Origin: a virus
Virus record (IMG/VR): IMGVR_UViG_2858842621_000004
Reading direction: 5' to 3' (one strand)
Length of the DNA: 64,000 nt
Shown: in pieces, positions 57,662-64,000 of the stretch
Layout: every line of letters starts with the position of its first letter
Numbering within the stretch: the first letter of the stretch is position 1
The notes under the pieces: model-generated
Seen by the model: the letters and a program-made list of their open reading frames with translations, nothing else
Database searches by the model: none
Told to the model about the DNA's origin: nothing
Program-made: the position numbers and the translations under genes

Positions 57662-57823
57662 CCTCAACCGAAGGGCAGACGGATGTGGCGTATCCGTGCG
57701 GCACGCTGAGTGCCGTGGCATGCCCCGAGGCTTGGCCGCTTGATCAGCCCCGCGACGGCGGGGATAAACAGCGGTTTCAAGTTCATGCCTTTGCTGGTTC
57801 GACTCCAGCCCCTTCGGTTGAGG
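57662..57823 (+). ncRNA. Candidate tRNA-like structured RNA B
   Basis: Perfect 14-bp closing stem 57662-57675/57810-57823, D-like arm with TGGCG loop, canonical T arm GCTGG-TTCGACT-CCAGC 57793-57809. Confidence 0.6.
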
Positions 57824-57990
57824 GTAAGCAGTACCGCCCAGGCGATGGGCTAAGGCGTCAGATAGCAATGTCGCAGCCAGAGCGGGACGAAGGCTGGCCC
57901 GGCGAATGTCTGGTTATGTCGATGCAGCCGAAAGCTATCTAAGTCGGATTCGCACCCGGCACCCTCTTCATATACCTGATTGGAGATTAC

Positions 57991-58236
57991 ATGAAACGCA
58001 TCTTGATCGTTGCGGTTGCCTTGTTGGCTGGTTGCACGAACGCTGACGACGCCACCCGAGCTTTGAAAGCTGCCGGCTACACCGAAATCAAGATCACCGG
58101 CTACCGCTGGTTTGGTTGCAGCAAAGACGACTCCGTACACACTGGCTTTGAAGCGGTGGGACGCGACGGAGCCAAGGTTAGCGGTGTGGTCTGCGGAGAG
58201 ATTTTCTTCAAGGGCAACACCATTCGCACCGACTAA
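57991..58236 (+). CDS. Phage lipoprotein
   Basis: MKRILIVAVALLAGC lipobox. Confidence 0.75.
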   Translation: MKRILIVAVALLAGCTNADDATRALKAAGYTEIKITGYRWFGCSKDDSVHTGFEAVGRDGAKVSGVVCGEIFFKGNTIRTD

Positions 58237-58245
58237 GGAACGCTC

Positions 58246-58485
58246 ATGAACTCCCCTATCAAGCTGCCGCCTATGCCAAACGAGCTATGGGCAACTCTGG
58301 ATGCAGACCAAGAGGACCGCGTGTACGCCTATGCCGAACAAGCGGCACGTAAGGCCCGCAGCGCTGCGATTGAAGATGTCGCCTGCATGATCTGCCGACG
58401 CTTTGACTTGAAGATCCCCGCCGATCTTGGGCCCAAGTTGGTGCATGCCATTCGCTCGATGGACCAGGAGAGCAACCATGAGTAA
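58246..58485 (+). CDS. Hypothetical phage protein
   Basis: Operonic, RBS. Confidence 0.55.
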   Translation: MNSPIKLPPMPNELWATLDADQEDRVYAYAEQAARKARSAAIEDVACMICRRFDLKIPADLGPKLVHAIRSMDQESNHE

Positions 58486-58792
58486 GACCAAGCTGCCGGA
58501 CATGTCATGGAGCCTGATCGAGGCTTTACCTGAAGATGCAGTCACTGGCGTATTCATCTACGCCGCACAAGCGGTACGCGAGGCTCTGGCGGCACTCAAG
58601 ATTGATGAGCGGGCGGCGTTTGAGGCGGCGGTTCAAGAGGAATACGGGACATCCGCGCCGTCCATGCTGTTGCGCGATGCGGATGGCGACTACCTGACCT
58701 TGAACACCGAATGGGTGTTTTGGTTGAAACGAGCTGCCTTAACCGCGGCCCCTCCCAAGGAGAACAACCATGCTGAAGGTGCTGATCAATAA
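58478..58792 (+). CDS. Hypothetical phage protein
   Basis: AGGAG RBS; DERAAFEA motif. Confidence 0.55.
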   Translation: MSKTKLPDMSWSLIEALPEDAVTGVFIYAAQAVREALAALKIDERAAFEAAVQEEYGTSAPSMLLRDADGDYLTLNTEWVFWLKRAALTAAPPKENNHAEGADQ

Positions 58793-58860
58793 CGTCCGTA
58801 GCTTCTGGTGGTTCTACGCAATCCTTTTTGTCCCTCTCGGGATCGTCGTTGGGTGGTGAC

Positions 58861-59187
58861 ATGGGATCACGTTTCACATTCGATCCACCCCAGGAAATCT
58901 ACGACATGCGGTATGCAGAAGTCGTAAAGGAAATCGAGGCAGACCTGTTCAAGTGGCGGCAGGAAATCATTGAAGCCTTTGAGAACGAATTCCCCGACGA
59001 GGACGCGCAAATGCTGTCCTTCATCGCTGGCAACGCTGACCGGCCCGAGAAGATTCTTGAACTGGCAGCCTCGGGAATCCTGGGGCCTGAATGCCGCGAT
59101 CAGATGACGCTTGCCATCGCGCATCTTGCCGACTACCACACCAAGCAGTATGTACGCGGCTACTGGCCGGATTGGAGCAAGGAATGA
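58861..59187 (+). CDS. Hypothetical phage protein
   Basis: Operonic, ATGA overlap with next gene. Confidence 0.55.
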   Translation: MGSRFTFDPPQEIYDMRYAEVVKEIEADLFKWRQEIIEAFENEFPDEDAQMLSFIAGNADRPEKILELAASGILGPECRDQMTLAIAHLADYHTKQYVRGYWPDWSKE

Positions 59188-59429
59188 CGAAGATCAACGA
59201 CGGCGGCCCGGCCTTCCCCAACGTGCCCGAAGGCGCTGGCAGCAGGTGGGCCGACTGGGACATGGGCATGACCCTGCGCGACTACTTCGCGGCCAAGGCC
59301 ATGCAAGGCTGGCTGTCCAGCTATGGGCCCGACGACAAACACCCCGCCACCGCTGGAGACGCCGATTTCGTGGCGCAGCGTTCCTACGCCATGGCCGACG
59401 CCATGCTGGCCGCGCGAGGTGCCCAATGA
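59184..59429 (+). CDS. Conserved phage protein (GGPAFP...GMTLRDYFAAKAMQ family)
   Basis: Widely seen phage motif. Confidence 0.75.
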   Translation: MTKINDGGPAFPNVPEGAGSRWADWDMGMTLRDYFAAKAMQGWLSSYGPDDKHPATAGDADFVAQRSYAMADAMLAARGAQ

Positions 59430-59599
59430 TCCGCCGCCTCCTACGCTGGCTTATCCAAATAGACGCCCATGAACGCGCTGCAGTATTTGCCGTCATTTGC
59501 ACCATCGTAGGCGTAATGGCGGCCCTACAGCACTCTGACCAGAAATCTAACGAACTCTGGGCTAAGGATGGCCGTACGGCTGTCGCTGCTAAGGAATAG
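59426..59599 (+). CDS. Small membrane protein
   Basis: MIRRLLRW, one TM, ATGA overlap. Confidence 0.5.
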   Translation: MIRRLLRWLIQIDAHERAAVFAVICTIVGVMAALQHSDQKSNELWAKDGRTAVAAKE

Positions 59600-59601
59600 A
59601 C

Positions 59602-60723
59602 ATGTCACTCTTTCAACGAGCAACGAATACCCAGGCCTACTTGAAGGCCGGCATCATGGGCTTTGCTGGCGACGGCAAGACCTACACCGCATCCGAGATT
59701 TCGATTGGATTGGTGGAGTTGATGCGCCAGCGCGAACTGCCCGCGGGCAACAATCCGGTCATGTTCCTGGACACCGAGACCGGCTCGGATTGGGTGAAGC
59801 CGCGCTTCGATGCTGCCCATATCGAGCTGTTCACCGCCAAGACGCGGGCATTCGTGGATCTTCTGACCGCCGTCCGGGAAGCCGAATCCTCCGGTTCCGT
59901 GCTGCTGATCGACTCCATAAGCCACTTTTGGCGCAACCTGACCGAAGAGTACGCCCAGCGCAAGAACCGCAAGCGCGGCCTGGAATTCCAGGACTGGGCG
60001 TGGCTCAAGGCTGAGTGGGGAAAGTTCACTGACCTGTTCGTCAACAGCAAGTGCCACATCATCATGTGCGGCCGCGCTGGCTACGAATACGACTTCTTCG
60101 AGAACGAGTCTGGAAAGAAGGAACTGACCAAGACCGGCGTCAAGATGAAGGCTGAGACCGAGACAGGCTACGAGCCGTCCATTCTGATCCTGATGGAAAA
60201 GAATCAGGAACTTGTCGAGGGCGGTGGCACTCGGGTATGGCGTACCGCAACGGTCCTCAAGGACCGCAGCACCCGCATCGACGGAAAGACGTTCGAGAAC
60301 CCGACATTCCGCGACTTCCTGCCGCATATCGAATTCCTGAACCTCGGCGGCGAACATCTCGGCATCGATACGAGTCGCACCAGCGAAGAACTGTTTGCGG
60401 ATGACGGCGAGCCACGCTGGCAGAAGGAAAAGCGGATGAAGGAAATTGCCCTGGACGAGATAGCCGAGGTTGTCGGCAAGCATTACCCAGGGCAGACCGC
60501 TGAGGCGAAGAAGGCGAGGGGCGACCTGCTGGAGGGCGTGTTTGGCAGCCGTTCCTGGGAGCGCATCAAATCCTTCGACTGGCCAACCATCAACATGTTC
60601 CGGGACGACTTGTGGGTCAAGCTCGAAGGCAAGCATTACGCCTGGGAGAAACCCGACACACCCGCCGAACTGGAGAACGACCCGGACCAAACCAACCTGA
60701 TCCCTGAGGGAGCGGCAGCATAA
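59602..60723 (+). CDS. AAA-family ATPase (Sak4-like recombination protein)
   Basis: [29 protein letters not shown]; adjacent to ssb. Confidence 0.8.
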   Translation: MSLFQRATNTQAYLKAGIMGFAGDGKTYTASEISIGLVELMRQRELPAGNNPVMFLDTETGSDWVKPRFDAAHIELFTAKTRAFVDLLTAVREAESSGSVLLIDSISHFWRNLTEEYAQRKNRKRGLEFQDWAWLKAEWGKFTDLFVNSKCHIIMCGRAGYEYDFFENESGKKELTKTGVKMKAETETGYEPSILILMEKNQELVEGGGTRVWRTATVLKDRSTRIDGKTFENPTFRDFLPHIEFLNLGGEHLGIDTSRTSEELFADDGEPRWQKEKRMKEIALDEIAEVVGKHYPGQTAEAKKARGDLLEGVFGSRSWERIKSFDWPTINMFRDDLWVKLEGKHYAWEKPDTPAELENDPDQTNLIPEGAAA

Positions 60724-61244
60724 TGGCCAGCGTTAACAAAGTCATTCTCGTGGGCAACCTGGGTCGCGACCCGGAAGTCCGCTACAGCCCGGACGGGGCC
60801 GCAATCTGCAACATGTCCATCGCCACGACCTCCACCTGGAAGGACAAGGCATCGGGCGAACGCCGCGAAGAAACCGAATGGCACCGCGTGGTCATGTACA
60901 ACCGCCTGGCCGAAATCGCCGGCGAATACCTGAAGAAGGGCCGCTCGGTCTACATCGAGGGCCGCCTGAAGACCCGCAAGTGGCAGGACAAGGACACCGG
61001 CGCTGACCGCTACAGCACCGAAATCGTAGCCGACCAGATGCAGATGCTGGGCGGCCGCGAAGATGGCGGCGGCGGTGGCGGCAGCTACGGCGGTGGCGGC
61101 GGTTACGACGACGCGCCGGCACGCCAGCCGCAGCAACGCGCCCCGGCTCAGCGCCCGGCGCCGCAGCAGCGTCCGGCACCGCAGGCCGCGCCCGCCGGTG
61201 GCGGCGCCAACCTGGCCGACATGGACGACGACATTCCGTTCTAG
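60723..61244 (+). CDS. ssb: Single-stranded DNA-binding protein
   Basis: [18 protein letters not shown]...DDDIPF. Confidence 0.97.
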   Translation: MASVNKVILVGNLGRDPEVRYSPDGAAICNMSIATTSTWKDKASGERREETEWHRVVMYNRLAEIAGEYLKKGRSVYIEGRLKTRKWQDKDTGADRYSTEIVADQMQMLGGREDGGGGGGSYGGGGGYDDAPARQPQQRAPAQRPAPQQRPAPQAAPAGGGANLADMDDDIPF

Positions 61245-61303
61245 CGGCTAATTTTCTGAGTTCAATCACCCGCCGCGCTCGCGGCACCTTCCCTAGGAAA
61301 ACC

Positions 61304-61876
61304 ATGAACGACACTATCCAGCTTGACCTGGGCGGCGGTTCTCGCCTGGAAGTTCCTGCGCGCATTGCTTTGGACGCGCTGCTCGAAAGATTGACTTCAT
61401 CGCCCTCACGATTAGCAAGACCTGCGCTGATTGGCGCAGAACTGCCCGGGCAAGGCGGCATTTATGCCGGCGACATTCTCGGCGATGATGGAGTCGTCTA
61501 CGGCCTTATCGTCGCCGGCGAAGACCTGGATGGCACGTACGCCTGGGGTCCGGAAGATGGCGAACGCACCGCCAGCACCTGGGACGGTCTGGTCAACACG
61601 AACAACCTGCTGCGTCACGATAAGACGCACGCCGCAGCGCGTGCTGCCAAGGCATACAGCGCCGACGGGCATGCCGACTTCTACCTGCCCGCCAAGCGCG
61701 AGCTGCAGATCATCGCGGCCAGCCTGCCCCATCTGTTCCAGCCGAAGCCCTACTGGACCTCGACGCCCTACGGCTCCGGCTTCGCCTGGGCGGTGTTTTT
61801 CGAGTACGGCAGCGTCTCCAGCTGGCTCCGCGGCAACGAGTTCCGAGTTCGTCCCGTCCGCAGATTCACCTATTGA
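61304..61876 (+). CDS. DGR target 1: DUF1566 / Lcl C-type-lectin-fold protein
   Basis: QGGIYAG, GHADFYLPAKREL, YWTST..AW.V.F..G......FRVRPVR; VR1 at 3' end. Confidence 0.88.
   Translation: MNDTIQLDLGGGSRLEVPARIALDALLERLTSSPSRLARPALIGAELPGQGGIYAGDILGDDGVVYGLIVAGEDLDGTYAWGPEDGERTASTWDGLVNTNNLLRHDKTHAAARAAKAYSADGHADFYLPAKRELQIIAASLPHLFQPKPYWTSTPYGSGFAWAVFFEYGSVSSWLRGNEFRVRPVRRFTY
61764..61862 (+). repeat. DGR variable repeat VR1
   Basis: 99-bp gapless match to TR, 15 mismatches, all at TR adenines. Confidence 0.95.
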
Positions 61877-61892
61877 CCCATTTACCCCTTGA

Positions 61893-61907
61893 GCGGGCGA
61901 AGCCCGC
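61893..61907 (+). promoter_or_regulatory. DGR homing hairpin after VR1
   Basis: GCGGGC-GAA-GCCCGC, 30 bp after VR. Confidence 0.8.
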
Positions 61908-61918
61908 AGGAGACTTGC

Positions 61919-62323
61919 ATGACCGCTACCGCAACGACCGTGCCCGCCATCGGCCAAGAATGGCCCGAACAGGGCGGCATCTACATCGGCTCCCGCCTGA
62001 TCGACGGCGCCACGCATCACGTGATCATCCCCGGCGGCAAGGAATTCGACCTGGTCGACGTGGAATTCAAGGATCTGGCCTCGGCCGTGGCCGAGCGAGG
62101 CGAAGTGAACGGCCACGACGATTGGCGCGCGCCGGACCAGGAAGACATGATGCTGGCCTACATCAACGCGGCGGGCCTGTTCGAAAAGGACGACTGGTAC
62201 TGGACGAACACGCCCTACGGCTCCGACAGCGCCTGGGCGGTGCATTTCGAGAACGGCCACGTCTACTCCTGGCTCCGCCGCAGCGAGTTCCGAGTTCGTC
62301 CCGTCCGCAGATTCACCTATTGA
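61919..62323 (+). CDS. DGR target 2: DUF1566-like protein (chimeric duplicate)
   Basis: AGGAGA RBS + ATG; body identical to target 3, 3' end RRFTY identical to target 1. Confidence 0.88.
   Translation: MTATATTVPAIGQEWPEQGGIYIGSRLIDGATHHVIIPGGKEFDLVDVEFKDLASAVAERGEVNGHDDWRAPDQEDMMLAYINAAGLFEKDDWYWTNTPYGSDSAWAVHFENGHVYSWLRRSEFRVRPVRRFTY
62211..62309 (+). repeat. DGR variable repeat VR2
   Basis: 12 mismatches to TR, all at TR adenines. Confidence 0.95.
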
Positions 62324-62339
62324 CCCATTTACCCCTTGA

Positions 62340-62354
62340 GCGGGCGAAGCCCGC
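62340..62354 (+). promoter_or_regulatory. DGR homing hairpin after VR2
   Basis: GCGGGC-GAA-GCCCGC. Confidence 0.8.
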
Positions 62355-62365
62355 AGGAGACTTGC

Positions 62366-62770
62366 ATGACCGCTACCGCAACGACCGTGCCCGCCATCGG
62401 CCAAGAATGGCCCGAACAGGGCGGCATCTACATCGGCTCCCGCCTGATCGACGGCGCCACGCATCACGTGATCATCCCCGGCGGCAAGGAATTCGACCTG
62501 GTCGACGTGGAATTCAAGGATCTGGCCTCGGCCGTGGCCGAGCGAGGCGAAGTGAACGGCCACGACGATTGGCGCGCGCCGGACCAGGAAGACATGATGC
62601 TGGCCTACATCAACGCGGCGGGCCTGTTCGAAAAGGACGACTGGTACTGGACGAACACGCCCTACGGCTCCGACTACGCCTGGGCGGTGAATTTCGAGTA
62701 CGGCTACGTCGACCGCTGGAGCCGCAGCCGCGAGTTCCGAGTTCGTCCCGTCCGCAGCATCATCGCTTGA
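62366..62770 (+). CDS. DGR target 3: DUF1566-like protein
   Basis: QGGIYIG, NGHDDWRAP, WYWTNT...FRVRPVRS; VR3 at 3' end. Confidence 0.88.
   Translation: MTATATTVPAIGQEWPEQGGIYIGSRLIDGATHHVIIPGGKEFDLVDVEFKDLASAVAERGEVNGHDDWRAPDQEDMMLAYINAAGLFEKDDWYWTNTPYGSDYAWAVNFEYGYVDRWSRSREFRVRPVRSIIA
62658..62756 (+). repeat. DGR variable repeat VR3
   Basis: 11 mismatches to TR, all at TR adenines. Confidence 0.95.
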
Positions 62771-62784
62771 TCCCTTGAACCCTC

Positions 62785-62799
62785 GCGGGCGTAGCCCGC
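62785..62799 (+). promoter_or_regulatory. DGR homing hairpin after VR3
   Basis: GCGGGC-GTA-GCCCGC, 28 bp after VR. Confidence 0.8.
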
Positions 62800-62806
62800 C
62801 GATGCC

Positions 62807-63193
62807 ATGGCCCTGCACACAGACACCAAGATTTTCAAGGTGACCTACGACCTGAGCCTATTGGTCACGAAGCTAGTGGCGAACATGCCCAGGAACTACA
62901 AAGCCGATTTCGGGGCTGATCTGCGCAAGCAGTGCTTCGAACTGGTGGCGCTAGTGTATCGGGCCAATTCGGGGTCCGACAGGCCGCCTGTGATCCGGCT
63001 TCTTCGGGAACGGGTGGTTGCGGTAGATCTGTCGCTGCGCTTGGCGGTGGATCTTCGATTGATTTCTCGCGGGCAGTATGGAGAGGCGATCGCGCTGACC
63101 GATAGCATCGGGCGCCAGGCTACGGGATGGCTGAAACACTCCGAGAATGCGCTTGCTGCCTCGCCGTCACGGCGGCCGGGCCAACGCGCTTGA
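62807..63193 (+). CDS. avd: Accessory variability determinant (Avd-like four-helix bundle)
   Basis: MPR.YK..FG..LR, LRLAVDLRLIS..QY, IGRQ..GW; lies between targets and TR. Confidence 0.88.
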   Translation: MALHTDTKIFKVTYDLSLLVTKLVANMPRNYKADFGADLRKQCFELVALVYRANSGSDRPPVIRLLRERVVAVDLSLRLAVDLRLISRGQYGEAIALTDSIGRQATGWLKHSENALAASPSRRPGQRA

Positions 63194-63334
63194 TGATCTG
63201 GTCACGCCGCTGGCCCACAAGGCCACCGATATGCGCACTAGAGGAAACCACCGGCTCAGGCCGCCCAGGTCCCGCGCAGTTTTCCCGCTGATCCGGCAAG
63301 CCTTCGGCGGGGCGACGTGGATAGCGTGATATCT

Positions 63335-63433
63335 CGCCCTACGGCTCCAACAACGCCTGGGCGGTGAATTTCGAGAACGGCAACGTCAACAACTGGAACC
63401 GCAACAACGAGTTCCGAGTTCGTCCCGTCCGCA
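63335..63433 (+). ncRNA. DGR template repeat (TR)
   Basis: Intergenic copy of the VRs with ten AAY codons; no hairpin downstream. Confidence 0.95.
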
Positions 63434-63452
63434 AATTGTCCTCGGAGCTTCT

Positions 63453-64000
63453 ATGGATTCTTGCCATTCGTTCGCGGAGTTGGTGCAGGCTTACTTCGAC
63501 TGCCGCCGGCTCAAAAGGAATACGGCCAGTGCTCTGCGCTTTGAAATGAACCTGGAGCACAATCTGGCTGAGCTAGACGAAGAGCTCAGGAGCGGCGAAT
63601 ACCGCCCCGGACGCTCTATCTGCTTCGTTATCACCCATCCCAAGCCGCGAGAGGTCTGGGCGGCTGATTTCCGGGACCGAGTGGTTCATCACCTTCTGTA
63701 CAACAAGATCGCGCCGCGCTTCCTGGCAGGGTTCATCGCCGATTCGTGCGCATGCATTCCTGGTCGCGGCACTCTCTATGCCGCCCAGCGGCTAGAAGCA
63801 AAGGTGCGCAGTGTCACGCAGAACTGGTCACGGCCGGCGATGTACCTAAAAGCCGATTTGGCTAACTTCTTCGTCAGCATCGACAAGCGGTACCTCTGGC
63901 TTCGGGTCGGCGGGAAGATTCCTGAAAACTGGTGGCGGAGGTTGGCCGCTCAGATCCTATTTCACGATCCCAGACCCGATGTCGAAATGCGAGGTAACCG
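63453..64000 (+). CDS. DGR reverse transcriptase, 5' part (truncated by window; not in ORF track)
   Basis: Manual translation MDSCHSFAELVQAYFDCRRLKR...YRPGRSICFVITHPKPREVWAADFRDRVVHH...DSCACIPGRGT...YLKADLANFFVSID; open to the window end; GGAG RBS. Confidence 0.93.
   Translation, partial: MDSCHSFAELVQAYFDCRRLKRNTASALRFEMNLEHNLAELDEELRSGEYRPGRSICFVITHPKPREVWAADFRDRVVHHLLYNKIAPRFLAGFIADSCACIPGRGTLYAAQRLEAKVRSVTQNWSRPAMYLKADLANFFVSIDKRYLWLRVGGKIPENWWRRLAAQILFHDPRPDVEMRGN

Larger units (their letters stand above)
21918..64000. mobile_element. Prophage 2 (siphovirus, integrated at tRNA-CAU; continues right of window)
   Basis: att fragment, lysis, tail, head, terminase, replication, cro/cI and early-left modules in lambdoid order. 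Confidence 0.95.

Noticed and set aside
61412..62818. Long minus-strand and alternative-frame ORFs over the DGR targets (and similar ones over recT, AAA, capsid and GT genes)
   Set aside because: Shadow ORFs caused by high-GC codon bias; no motifs.
61764..63433. Four ~99-bp repeats as a CRISPR array
   Set aside because: Repeats are too long, three are coding, and mismatches are adenine-specific: this is a DGR.
63364..63549. 61-aa ORF through TR
   Set aside because: It is the VR reading frame of the template repeat; it lacks an RBS and overlaps the RT start in another frame.

Overview
GC-rich betaproteobacterial chromosome (Achromobacter/Bordetella-like; this is inference) with two lambdoid prophages separated by about 4.7 kb of cell-envelope genes. 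Prophage 1 (before 1 to ~17.2 kb) shows late-control, replication, immunity, YqaJ/RecT recombination and integrase modules. It carries candidate defence genes (putAbiC-like, VcaM4I-like EVE-HNH, Cas2/VapD-like) and appears to be inserted in a Flp/Tad-type pilin gene at its GQGMTEYI motif. Prophage 2 (~21.9 kb to beyond 64 kb) is a siphovirus integrated at a tRNA(CAU). It has an O-acetyltransferase moron and complete lysis, tail, head, replication and immunity modules. The main result is a diversity-generating retroelement (DGR) at the right end. It has three tandem small DUF1566/C-type-lectin target genes, each with a VR and a GNA-loop hairpin, followed by Avd, a 99-bp template repeat and a reverse transcriptase that is cut off by the window edge and missing from the ORF track. 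All 38 VR/TR differences fall on TR adenines. The targets sit in the early operon after ssb, not in the tail module, and the middle target looks like a VR-mediated chimeric duplicate. The same early operon holds two clear, and several weaker, large tRNA-like folds with a shared architecture. All family assignments are from motif recognition by eye, not database searches.
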